Of a DNA stretch of 64,000 bases, positions 9,171 to 18,377 are shown in pieces. Each line of letters starts with the position of its first letter. Positions within the stretch are counted from its first letter, which is position 1. The stretch spans positions 8,495-72,494 of IMG/VR virus record IMGVR_UViG_2844225640_000006; one strand, written 5' to 3'. Below the pieces are notes generated by a model that saw only the letters and a list, made by a program, of their open reading frames with translations, did not search any database and was not told where the DNA came from. Position numbers and translations under genes: made by a program. This DNA is from a virus (taxonomy: Duplodnaviria; Caudoviricetes).

Positions 9171-10450
9171 AGTGAAGTCCTCTCAATGGGAACCATGCCG
9201 TCCCATTTCTGGTCGGCTGTGAAACTTAGATCGGCTATGCGCATGGGGCGGTAGGTCGCCGTGGTGAACCAGATCTGGTCACGCAGAGAACGCGACTTGT
9301 AGATCGCTTCCCCGACGTCCTTGACGCGCTCGGTCGCTAGACCGATATGGCAATTGCCGACGAAAGCGTGACCGACGTAGCTCCACATTCCCTCTCTGCG
9401 GTAGGTAGCCTTGACCCTGAGCAGAGCGGTGTATGAAGTGAGGCCGATGTAGCTGTAGTTGATGAACGGCGAGAACAGGCCAGCCGCCTGTCCGATCCGC
9501 GCCTTGGTATCATCCAGCAACCGCCAGCGGTCGTAGATGTGGAGCGCAGACGCATCCGAATAGACATGCGTGTAGTTGACGCCGGTCTTGCTTCCCGTCG
9601 CCAGAAAGGCTTCGAGGTAGCGCGCGCTATGCCGTTCGTAGACTCGCTCTGGCGCGATACTCAGCGGAGTCACGCTCTCGACGCCGTGCGGGATCTGCCC
9701 AGAGCCGAAGGTTCCGTCCTGACCGATGGTGATCAGCCGGCCACGGTTCTTGTCGGCGACGTAGGAAAGCCCCACGTAGCAATTGTCCACGACGGTATCG
9801 ATCGGGTTGTAGTCTGCTGGTATGGCAAACGTTGTGACGTCGACCGCCGCATCGCTGCCCCATGTGCCGATCTGGTCGAATGACCGGATCTCGGTCTCCA
9901 CCTCATCCTCGACGATAGTGGCCCGACGCCCGTAGTACCGTGCAGCCTCGTTCTCCATAACGAAGAATCCGCCAACGTAACCCGGCACTGTGCGCAGTCC
10001 ATCTCCGACAGCGAAGGCCGGGCGCTCACCCGGTATGCTGTAAGGATAGAGCCGAAGCTCGGCGAACTGTTCTCGCCATTTGTCGAGCGCCTCAGCCGAA
10101 TAGTCCGTCAGGTACATGCCGACAGGCGGGATGACCGCGTCGTAAATGCTAGCGTCCATATAGGACAGATATTTATTGATCCCCGGCAGCGTGCCCTTCA
10201 GGCCCTTCATGCCGTAGATCTCAGCCGTTATCCGGCGTTTCTTCCACTCCGGCCAGTTGTCTCTCCAGAGATCAACGCCGCGTCCCCATGCAAGGAATGG
10301 AAGGTGCGAGACCGAAGTGAGATACGGGTCGCGCATTCTCTTGACGAGATCGACATCCACCCGATTGACGGAGAAGGCAGCGAGTCCTTCAAGCGCCTTC
10401 TCAAAATCAGTCGCGTTCAGTGGGAGCAAAGACTCTCCGCTATCCATCAC
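9167..10450 (-). CDS. Phage tail protein I (P2 gpI-like), extended
   Basis: SLLPLNAT, LPFLAWGRGVDLW, KGTLPG. Confidence 0.85.
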   Translation of the reverse strand: MMDSGESLLPLNATDFEKALEGLAAFSVNRVDVDLVKRMRDPYLTSVSHLPFLAWGRGVDLWRDNWPEWKKRRITAEIYGMKGLKGTLPGINKYLSYMDASIYDAVIPPVGMYLTDYSAEALDKWREQFAELRLYPYSIPGERPAFAVGDGLRTVPGYVGGFFVMENEAARYYGRRATIVEDEVETEIRSFDQIGTWGSDAAVDVTTFAIPADYNPIDTVVDNCYVGLSYVADKNRGRLITIGQDGTFGSGQIPHGVESVTPLSIAPERVYERHSARYLEAFLATGSKTGVNYTHVYSDASALHIYDRWRLLDDTKARIGQAAGLFSPFINYSYIGLTSYTALLRVKATYRREGMWSYVGHAFVGNCHIGLATERVKDVGEAIYKSRSLRDQIWFTTATYRPMRIADLSFTADQKWDGMVPIERTSL

Positions 10451-11340
10451 GCCACCTCGACGATTACCTCTGGTACATAGACCGTTCCGTACTTGCCCGG
10501 ATCGACATCAGTTGCTGGCTCGATGACCACCACGCTCTCCAGCGCATTGCCGTTATGAGCGGCGGCAATAATCCCGTCTGCGCGCAGCACCGTGCCGATT
10601 GCAGACCGCGAGCTGGCATAATCCTGAATCGAAGCCTTTGCCTTGGCGACGGTCGTGGATACGTCTGGCCCCGTCTGCGCCGTGACCTTCACCCGGATAA
10701 CCTGGCTCACAATCGTGGCCGAGCGCACATAGACATTGTCGGTCAGCGGTCGCCGGGCCTTCGGAGACAGCGCGTCGTAGACCTTCGTGACCACGTCCTG
10801 GCTGACAGTGCCGTCGCCTTCACGCCCGAGGAGGATGACGTCGCACCGATTGTTTTCGCCCTTTATAGCCTCGACCTGCTTGATGCTGCCGTCAGCTGAC
10901 CATGCGAAAAATCGGTATGCATCTTCCGGCCCGGCTGCAGCGTATCCGTCCGGCGCGAGGTTGCGGCGCTGCCGGAACTCCTCATCACTTTCGTAGACGG
11001 GGTTACCTTCATCGTCGTAACGAATGATCCGGCGCGTCATGCCGAAGTCAGCTGCGAAGTTATCGAGATCCGTCCCGGTCGCCGTCGCCAGCATCACAGC
11101 GCGAGCCACCTGATTAGCACGTGCGCGCCAGAGGAGTTCTCGGTATGCGAATGCTTCGATGACGATCTTGACCGGGTCCGTCTCGAGCATCTCGACGTTG
11201 TACGCCGGGAGCTCTGGTTTGGTTTCCCGCACCTTGGCCCACCGCTCTTTGAAGTCGGCGACCATCTCATTCAGGATGGTTTCGTAATCGAGAGTTTCGA
11301 TAACGTCCGGCAGCGGGACAAGTGTCAGGTCGATAGCCAC
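10447..11340 (-). CDS. Baseplate J/gp47 protein
   Basis: LDYETIL, AYRELL, ATGTDLD, ESDEEFR, AGPEDAY. Confidence 0.92.
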   Translation of the reverse strand: MAIDLTLVPLPDVIETLDYETILNEMVADFKERWAKVRETKPELPAYNVEMLETDPVKIVIEAFAYRELLWRARANQVARAVMLATATGTDLDNFAADFGMTRRIIRYDDEGNPVYESDEEFRQRRNLAPDGYAAAGPEDAYRFFAWSADGSIKQVEAIKGENNRCDVILLGREGDGTVSQDVVTKVYDALSPKARRPLTDNVYVRSATIVSQVIRVKVTAQTGPDVSTTVAKAKASIQDYASSRSAIGTVLRADGIIAAAHNGNALESVVVIEPATDVDPGKYGTVYVPEVIVEVA

Positions 11341-11367
11341 GTTCTAATCCTCTCGAAGGGGAAGGCG

Positions 11368-11790
11368 TCAGACCGTACCGACCAGAAGCTTCCCTTCGGA
11401 TTCCGTAAGGGAGAGATAGGCCGCACGTTCGACAGGGTTGGAATAGTCACCGAGATGGCCGTTCTCGAAGAACACGCCGCTCACCTGGAGCCTAACAATG
11501 CCGGGGGTTTCAACATCGAGATTGGCGCGCAGAAGAACGAAGCCAGGTTCCCCGAGCTGCCTGCCTTCCTCGACACGGGCTTCAAGCGCCTGTGCCGTTG
11601 CGACATACAGATCGACGATAGTGTCGACGTTCTGCGGCCTGTCAATGATGCTCGGGAGATCCGAGCCAAACCCGCGCAGCTGAACTCGTTCGCCGAGTTC
11701 CGTTGTCAGAATGGTGACTATGCTCTGCAGGCAGTGGTCCCATCCGAAGAGGCATCGACCGGTTTTAGCGTCAATGCCGACCCGAGCCAT
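11368..11790 (-). CDS. Baseplate wedge gpW/gp25-like protein
   Basis: QSIVTILTT.LGERV.LRGFGS motif. Confidence 0.88.
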   Translation of the reverse strand: MARVGIDAKTGRCLFGWDHCLQSIVTILTTELGERVQLRGFGSDLPSIIDRPQNVDTIVDLYVATAQALEARVEEGRQLGEPGFVLLRANLDVETPGIVRLQVSGVFFENGHLGDYSNPVERAAYLSLTESEGKLLVGTV

Positions 11791-11990
11791 TAGCGCGTCT
11801 TCTTATCCAGAACGACCGGGGATGGCTCAGTCTTCGGAGATTCAGCCTTGACGCTGGCCTCGCCAACCAAGCCCGAGAGGACAAGGTACTTCGCTTCCCG
11901 GTCGGTCAGCTGGATGCGTGCGCCCTTGGCGCGGTGTGCACCTGCGATGAATCCTTCGGCATTCACGACGTAGGTTTTCTTGCTGCTCAT
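11790..11990 (-). CDS. Hypothetical protein
   Basis: Translationally coupled 66-aa ORF in the baseplate cluster. Confidence 0.6.
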   Translation of the reverse strand: MSSKKTYVVNAEGFIAGAHRAKGARIQLTDREAKYLVLSGLVGEASVKAESPKTEPSPVVLDKKTR

Positions 11991-12001
11991 TGATCTGCTC
12001 C

Positions 12002-12568
12002 TTAATTGGACGGAACGTCGGTATTGGCGCCGCCTGGAACGACCCCGCCATGGATGTGTGAGCTGCCGACATTCTTGCCGTCATGCTCCTGCTTCCCACC
12101 GGTCTGGGTGAATCCCTTGCCAGTGAACTGATAGGACGTGCCGTCGACCTCGATGAAGAGACCTTCGGCTGTATGGGTGATGGTGGCCCCGCCGATCACG
12201 ACGCGCTTCTCTGCGCCCTTGTTGTGCGGCTGTGGCGTGTCGTCGGTGAAGCCGCCCTTGATGATGAAGGACTTGCTTAGCTCACCGTCCGGCGAGACCA
12301 GCATGACGCGCTGACCAACCGATGGCGGTGTCCATTCATTGATGTCGCCCGCCTGTTCCGACCATGACGTTGGCGGGGAGTCGATGCCGTGAGCCGTCAC
12401 GATGACCGTGCCATTCTCGTAGTCGACTTCCTTCACGACGCCTTCACGGAACATATTGTTCTGTCGGACAGACATGCGCCGGACGACGTTCTCCATGGAC
12501 TCGAGACGCTCGATCAGCTTGTCGAAGAAAGTGAAAGGGGTCATGTCGGAATCCCTTGATGCTGCCAA
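12002..12568 (-). CDS. Baseplate spike protein (P2 gpV-like); true start probably downstream
   Basis: PPSVGQRV motif and C-terminal HIH metal-binding tip. Confidence 0.85.
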   Translation of the reverse strand: MAASRDSDMTPFTFFDKLIERLESMENVVRRMSVRQNNMFREGVVKEVDYENGTVIVTAHGIDSPPTSWSEQAGDINEWTPPSVGQRVMLVSPDGELSKSFIIKGGFTDDTPQPHNKGAEKRVVIGGATITHTAEGLFIEVDGTSYQFTGKGFTQTGGKQEHDGKNVGSSHIHGGVVPGGANTDVPSN

Positions 12569-13308
12569 ACGATAGGCGTCGTCAGGAGAGGTTGCGTGCC
12601 CGTCGGAGAGCCGATTTTCTCTGCAAGGTCGCGGGTATATCCGAGCATCTTCATCGCCCGGTCATTCGGCGAGTCCGCTGCATTGGCCGTGAGCATGGCG
12701 ACGATGTCGTCAACCCGGTCGCTGTAATCAGGGAAGGCCTGAAGCCTATCGAGAAAACGCTGGATGTCACCGGGAACAACGCCTGCGGCATTCTCCCGGA
12801 TCGCCTTCATTTCCACCGTGACCTGTCGTGCTGCGAGACGCAGACCGCCTTCAACGGATGCGCCACGGCGGCTCACCACAGTCTGATAAGACGGGCAGAG
12901 GTAGTTGAAAACGTCGCTGGCGACAGTGCCCTTGGTCAGCGCGCGGAACATCTGAAGCTCGAGAGCATCCAGCGTCGTTTCAATCTCGCTATCCGTGGAC
13001 GGGCATTCGAGGCTGTATGGCTCAGTGGCGCCGTCCTCGTCCTTCTTCACTGTCTGCACCACCAGCATTTCAAAGGTGAGCGACATGAGACGGTCCTCGT
13101 GGACGCGCCCGGCCTTCGGCCATGGGTCTTTATCGTAGTCGGTGTAAACGACGACACAGGGGAAAACCCTGTCGATCTTCATGTCTTCAACCGGCTCGAT
13201 CTTGGAATCGAAAATGTAAGGGCCAGCCAACGTAGGCCACGGCTCTTCCAGATAATTGTTGAGCGCGCATACAGCGGCCATGCGGGCGAGGCTGCGATAA
13301 ACACTCAT
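12541..13308 (-). CDS. Tail terminator/completion-like protein
   Basis: Position; FPCVVVYTD motif. Confidence 0.5.
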   Translation of the reverse strand: MSVYRSLARMAAVCALNNYLEEPWPTLAGPYIFDSKIEPVEDMKIDRVFPCVVVYTDYDKDPWPKAGRVHEDRLMSLTFEMLVVQTVKKDEDGATEPYSLECPSTDSEIETTLDALELQMFRALTKGTVASDVFNYLCPSYQTVVSRRGASVEGGLRLAARQVTVEMKAIRENAAGVVPGDIQRFLDRLQAFPDYSDRVDDIVAMLTANAADSPNDRAMKMLGYTRDLAEKIGSPTGTQPLLTTPIVWQHQGIPT

Positions 13309-13727
13309 GCCTGACCTCCGAGTTGCACAAGCATCAGGACAACGCGGGATAGACCGTCACGCTGCGAGGAGATGACTTGGAAGTCCGGCAGCTCTGGCCG
13401 GGTAGGGAACGACACTAGGTCGCCCTGTTTCGGCTCCTCGGCGCCAGCCGGGAAATATCGCCGGTCAATCGACAGCTGCGGATCTCTGCCCGATTGGAGC
13501 GAACGCAGATCGTTCGCCTCACGGTAGGATCGACGCACGCCGAGCTGCACGCCGTATTCGACTGAGATGTAGTCGAAGATGCCTTTGCCGTTGACGACCT
13601 TGCGGGCCGTGTCAGGGCCAGGCCTCCCGTTCGGAGTCGACGCTTGCGGCGTAAACACGAACGGGATCGCATTGACCCGGTCGACCGTCTTGCTGATCAC
13701 TCTGTCCATACGGTCGAACGCTGCCAT
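13305..13727 (-). CDS. Head-tail joining protein (lambda FII-like)
   Basis: Position, size, PKQGD...DG motif. Confidence 0.55.
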   Translation of the reverse strand: MAAFDRMDRVISKTVDRVNAIPFVFTPQASTPNGRPGPDTARKVVNGKGIFDYISVEYGVQLGVRRSYREANDLRSLQSGRDPQLSIDRRYFPAGAEEPKQGDLVSFPTRPELPDFQVISSQRDGLSRVVLMLVQLGGQA

Positions 13728-13739
13728 GGCGGGGAATCC

Positions 13740-13940
13740 TTATTTGTCAGCCTTCTTGGCTGGAGCCTTGGGTTCAGCCTTTTCTTCGGCTTTGGCGTCA
13801 TCGGCTTCATTCTTGACTTCCGCGATCAATCCGGCCGCCTTGTAGCCCTTGGCATCTTCATCGGAGAGGGAGATGATGTCCTTCTCGAAAACCGGGCGAC
13901 CTTGAATGATAGTGTCAAGCTTGACGTGGTACTGCTTCAT
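13740..13940 (-). CDS. Small hypothetical head-region protein
   Basis: ATG with GGAG SD; Lys/Ala-rich tail. Confidence 0.55.
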   Translation of the reverse strand: MKQYHVKLDTIIQGRPVFEKDIISLSDEDAKGYKAAGLIAEVKNEADDAKAEEKAEPKAPAKKADK

Positions 13941-13993
13941 TGGTCTCTCCATGCGGAGAGCGGCGGCCTGTTACCAAGCCACCGCGCGCCGGA

Positions 13994-14320
13994 TTAGAAG
14001 TTGTCGTTCAGACGAACGCGGCCAACACCGGAAGGATTGGCAGCATCTTCGATAGCAACGCCGATCTTCGTGTTGCCGGTGGAGACAGTCGTGGCGATGC
14101 CGTCAGTGTCAGCGTAAATCTCTGCGCCGACGGTCCAAGCCTGAGCCGAGGTTTTCGGCAGTTCGTACACACCGCCGAGGGCGAGTTCGAACTCTTCACC
14201 GATTGCTGCTGAGGTGGCTGCGATGCCGAAGATCTTGCCGGCGACGACAAGCGAACCGGAGGAGACGGCGGCTGCCGCGACAATGGTGATAACCTTGCCG
14301 GGCTGAATGAAATTGCGCAT
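13994..14320 (-). CDS. DUF2190-family capsid-associated protein
   Basis: MRNFIQPG...GVYELPK...VRLN pattern following the capsid gene. Confidence 0.8.
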   Translation of the reverse strand: MRNFIQPGKVITIVAAAAVSSGSLVVAGKIFGIAATSAAIGEEFELALGGVYELPKTSAQAWTVGAEIYADTDGIATTVSTGNTKIGVAIEDAANPSGVGRVRLNDNF

Positions 14321-14401
14321 GGGGATACTCCCTTGTTTCGCACAAAAAGAAAAAGGCGCTGAGGGTTAGTCAGCGCCCTTTGGTGAGGTGACCGGAGCCA
14401 A

Positions 14402-16588
14402 TTACTTGGCGGTGCCTGCGTTCTTGTACGCGAAGCGATAATCGGTCAGGCCAACACCGAAGTCGTGAGCCAGCGTGTACTCGACGCCTTCAACGTCGAA
14501 GCCGAGACGCTCGTTCGTACGCGGGGTTTCCGAACCGAGCAGGTGCAGGTAGTGGATACCGCGCCCCATGGTCGACGCCGCATCAGCAAACAGGAACCAC
14601 GCCTTGGTGTTCAGAGCATCAATGCGATGCTCATAGACCGGCTGGATCGAGCGGATTGCCTGCGGGACAACTTCCGCCGTGGTGGTCGGAACGGTAATAC
14701 CGGTGATCAGCTTCTGAGCAACGGTTTCGTTGTCAGCGCCGACGAAGAGGTACTTCGGCGTAACATTGATGGATTCGCCGTCGATGTTCTTCTGCTTGCG
14801 GAATTCCAGGCGAGCCGCTTCAAGGGAAGCCTGATCGATCGCGCTGCCGGTAGAGGCAAGGTTCTTATGGTCCGTGTGGAACAATGCCTTGCCGTCCTTC
14901 AGCTTCAGGACGTTATCGAGGATCGCGCCCCATACAATATCGCCTTCGAGCTTGGCTGCCTTCATGCCCCAATTGGCGACGAGCTGCATGAATGCGTTCA
15001 GCTGGTCGTTGATCAGCATTTCACGGGTGAACCCGATCTTGCGACCGTACGACTGGAGCTTCATGCCTTCTTCGGATTCTTTCACCGTGCCGGACTTGAA
15101 CTCGCCGTGCTCGTTCTTCGGCAGCAGGTCAGGAGCGGAGCCGATGTCGAGCACCTTCGTTTCACGGAAGTCGGAGAGGACCGTCCGGGTTGCGAAGAGC
15201 TGGAAGGTGTTTTCATACAGGCCGTACGCATTGAGAAGCGTCTGCGTCGTGATGTCCTGCAGAATGATCGGGAAGTCCGACGTGCTGTGCAGAGCGCGCT
15301 GAGCGACGTCGTGCATCGAACCACGGGTGGACTCACCGCGAGCACGCAGCAGTTCCTTGGCGATGTCCATAGTCGACATGGCACGCCATTCACGAGCGCC
15401 GTCTTCGAGTTTCGTGACGACGTTGTTGCGATGCAAGATCGCGTTTGCCACCATGCGGCGCATGGTTTCCTGAGCATCCTGCATTCCGCGGGTCTCCACG
15501 ACAGGGAAGGTTGGAGCCTGGTTCTGGCGCTCGACCATCTTGTCGAACAGCGCGTTGCGGAAAGCTTCCACATCCGTGCCGCCGTCAACAGCCGTGCGAA
15601 CCATCTCGTCATTGACTTCGAAGCCTGCCGTGCGGGCAAGGTCATTGATGTCCTTGACGCGCTTGCGCTCAGCGGCAACGGCAGCGCGGGACTGCTCGGC
15701 TACTTCACTCTGACTGACACCGGCCGGCTGCGTTACCGGAGCTGGCTGCTGTGCAGTGCGGGTCTGGACGGCCTCGGCTGCAGCGCGGGCGGCCGCATCG
15801 TCAGCTTCCTTGCGCTGCTTGTCTTCCTCGTCGTATGCGGCGATGAGGCGAGCGCGCAGTGCGTCGTCGGTTTCGCCTTCGTTGCGGGAAAGACCAGCGC
15901 CGAGGGCCAGAGCGTCGAGCTTATCGCCGTTAAAGGACTTAGCTGCATCGCGCTTATTCATGGGTGTTTTCTCCGTGAGAGGTGCGGCCTCGGCCGCGTC
16001 ATGATTTTCCTGGCGAACCAGAACTTTTTCGACGTCCTTGCCAGTCGGCTCGGATCGAGAGATGGCCTCGGCATCCGCCGGTACGGGGACGATGGACAGC
16101 TCCATCGGTTCCCAATCGATGGCCCGGAGGATAGGCAACTGCCCGTCCGAACCTTCGGTCTTTTCGTAGCGGTGGATCTTGTAGCCCACCGAGATCGAGA
16201 GCGGATGTCCGTCCCGCAGATCCTGGAGGATCGCCTCGGCCTTTGCATTGCGTGAGAGCTTGATCAGGGCGTAGCCGCGACCATTCTCGATCCTCACGCT
16301 GCTCGGAATGACCGTGCCGAGACGTGAGTCCATGGACCACTGTTCGTGGGTATCGAGCAGGGACATGGCGTTGAAGCGGTCCATACGGATCGCCTTCTTG
16401 TCCACGGCCAGCTCTTCCATGTAGTAGCCTTCATCCCAGGAATACCGCTTGACCTTGGCGCCGGTTGTCCAGCAAACCTCGACCGTGCGGTCTTCCTCGT
16501 TGAAGGAATCCGAGCGCACCTCACACGCCGCGAAGGGCTTGGGGATGCGGATCTCTTTCTCAAGAGCATCTCTAAGGGCTTTTGGCAT
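14402..16588 (-). CDS. Prohead protease / major capsid protein fusion
   Basis: LLDTH, ISVGY, WEPMELSIVPVPAD protease motifs, linker, then HSTSDFP capsid; GGAGG SD before ATG at 16588. Confidence 0.9.
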   Translation of the reverse strand: MPKALRDALEKEIRIPKPFAACEVRSDSFNEEDRTVEVCWTTGAKVKRYSWDEGYYMEELAVDKKAIRMDRFNAMSLLDTHEQWSMDSRLGTVIPSSVRIENGRGYALIKLSRNAKAEAILQDLRDGHPLSISVGYKIHRYEKTEGSDGQLPILRAIDWEPMELSIVPVPADAEAISRSEPTGKDVEKVLVRQENHDAAEAAPLTEKTPMNKRDAAKSFNGDKLDALALGAGLSRNEGETDDALRARLIAAYDEEDKQRKEADDAAARAAAEAVQTRTAQQPAPVTQPAGVSQSEVAEQSRAAVAAERKRVKDINDLARTAGFEVNDEMVRTAVDGGTDVEAFRNALFDKMVERQNQAPTFPVVETRGMQDAQETMRRMVANAILHRNNVVTKLEDGAREWRAMSTMDIAKELLRARGESTRGSMHDVAQRALHSTSDFPIILQDITTQTLLNAYGLYENTFQLFATRTVLSDFRETKVLDIGSAPDLLPKNEHGEFKSGTVKESEEGMKLQSYGRKIGFTREMLINDQLNAFMQLVANWGMKAAKLEGDIVWGAILDNVLKLKDGKALFHTDHKNLASTGSAIDQASLEAARLEFRKQKNIDGESINVTPKYLFVGADNETVAQKLITGITVPTTTAEVVPQAIRSIQPVYEHRIDALNTKAWFLFADAASTMGRGIHYLHLLGSETPRTNERLGFDVEGVEYTLAHDFGVGLTDYRFAYKNAGTAK

Positions 16589-18134
16589 TGCTGCCTCCGG
16601 TGTTGGAATCGCCTTCCTGGACCCACTGAGACTGGCCTTGCGACGTGACCTTGCGCGGGTCACTGTCGAGCACGACCTTACTCTTCGTCTTATCGACGCT
16701 CTGGTTCCATTGATCGATTTCATTAAGGACTTGCTGCGGATCGCGACCGGTTGCAGCGATGACATCCTGCATGGAACGCTTGCCCATACGGACCTCGGCT
16801 AGATCAGCGCGGGCATCATCAAGGCGAGTGATGCTCGCCACTTCTGGCGGAACCCACTCGACCTCTTCATTCCACGTTTTCGGGATGGACCCGTCCAGAA
16901 TTGCAGCCTGGATAAACCAGTTCCAGATCTTCTGAAGCACCATCGGAATGATGAAGTGCCACTGAACGATCTCCACGAAATTCTGGTATGCCAGTAGGCC
17001 AAGCTTGCCAGAGGCGAAGTTGGCCTGACTGAAATCGCCGGTCATGATTTCGTACGGCATGCGAACGCCAGCTGCGATACTGCGCTGACGTGTGCGGATA
17101 TAAGCTTCAACGCCTGCCGAGATGGCCGGGCTATTGAACTTGATGTCCTTGCCGCCACGCAGCACACCGAACATTCCCGGCTCCATTCTTTCAAATGGGA
17201 AGCCGTAGATGTCCGTGACGCCGACGGGGTCCGCCTTACCCGCTGTCTCGTCGAGGCCGATATTCGGATCGCTTTCGTCGACATCCTCGTCGCCGGGGAT
17301 CACCATGCCGACCATGCAGGACTCGACCTTCTTGCGGATGTTCTCTGCAAGCTCGTAATCCTTCAGGTCGCGGATCTCATTCATCACCGAGTGCAGCCAA
17401 GGCACACCGTGCACCTGATTGTTCTGCGGCTCGTACAGGTGAGCGATCTCGTTTTCTGGAATGAACTTGCTCACCACGCTGTCGAGCCCGCCGGCCAAAT
17501 ATGACAGGCCCGATTTCGGGTGATCGTTGAACATCCAGTAGCCGCGGCGGTTGCCGACAGCATCGAACTCGACGCCCTGAATAATCCGGTTGCCGGGGTT
17601 GCCCGGCGGGACGCCCTGTTTGGTCCAGTCGCAATACTCAGATTCCAGGATCTGGAGCTGAAGAGGGACGGGGAACCCGTCTCCACGACTGCGGACACGA
17701 CGGCGAACGTAGACCTCGCCGTCCTGAACCATCATCCGGGCCATCAGGTAAACGCCGCCGTCGAAGTCCAGACCGGTGCCGGAGAAGCAAACCTTCTTCC
17801 ACTTATTGAACAGCGACATCACCTTCTCGTCTTTGACGCGAGGGGTAATGCCGAAGCCAACGAAGTTGTCGGCGTGCTTTCCTACGATCGTTGTCGCGAG
17901 CGGATTATTGCGGACAAGCTCTCTCGATCGATCCCGGAGGGTCTGACCTGCTTTTCGGATTTCAGCATCCGCTGTGCCCGATACAACGTTGATGCCTTTA
18001 GCAAGGCGTCCGGTTGACGCCCCCTCGTATGAACGAGCACCATCCAGGATCTCCATCCGTCGTCTGTGAGCAGCGCGCGCCGCTCCAGCCCTCGGGTTGA
18101 AATACCCGATGGCCTTATCCAGAAGGTTCGCCAT
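16572..18134 (-). CDS. Portal protein, lambda family
   Basis: LRDRSRELVRNNP, GVEFD, TGDFSQANFAS. Confidence 0.93.
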   Translation of the reverse strand: MANLLDKAIGYFNPRAGAARAAHRRRMEILDGARSYEGASTGRLAKGINVVSGTADAEIRKAGQTLRDRSRELVRNNPLATTIVGKHADNFVGFGITPRVKDEKVMSLFNKWKKVCFSGTGLDFDGGVYLMARMMVQDGEVYVRRRVRSRGDGFPVPLQLQILESEYCDWTKQGVPPGNPGNRIIQGVEFDAVGNRRGYWMFNDHPKSGLSYLAGGLDSVVSKFIPENEIAHLYEPQNNQVHGVPWLHSVMNEIRDLKDYELAENIRKKVESCMVGMVIPGDEDVDESDPNIGLDETAGKADPVGVTDIYGFPFERMEPGMFGVLRGGKDIKFNSPAISAGVEAYIRTRQRSIAAGVRMPYEIMTGDFSQANFASGKLGLLAYQNFVEIVQWHFIIPMVLQKIWNWFIQAAILDGSIPKTWNEEVEWVPPEVASITRLDDARADLAEVRMGKRSMQDVIAATGRDPQQVLNEIDQWNQSVDKTKSKVVLDSDPRKVTSQGQSQWVQEGDSNTGGSNAKSP

Positions 18135-18377
18135 TTAGTACCCCCTGCTGAACGTTGTCAGGATCGTGTGCTTCCTGCGCCGCTGCGGGGTTGCTTCGGC
18201 TTCGAGCTCATCGATGATGGCCTTCATGTCCGCACGACTGCGGTAGGAAACGTCACGTTCCCGGAACTTCACACGGGTGGCGCCGAGGTAATACGCTTCC
18301 TTTAGATCCCGGAGAAAAGCGAGCTTCTCTTCCGGCGTAAACGACAGGGCGTCGTTTTCAGGTTCTTCGGCCATCAC
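18135..18377 (-). CDS. Head-tail joining protein (lambda gpW-like)
   Basis: GATRVKF..RDVSYRS; between TerL and portal. Confidence 0.8.
   Translation of the reverse strand: MMAEEPENDALSFTPEEKLAFLRDLKEAYYLGATRVKFRERDVSYRSRADMKAIIDELEAEATPQRRRKHTILTTFSRGY

Noticed and set aside
1263-16255. Long plus-strand ORFs opposite structural genes (e.g. 1263-2924, 7104-8357, 14465-16255)
   Set aside because: Antisense shadows typical of GC-rich coding DNA, with no motifs.
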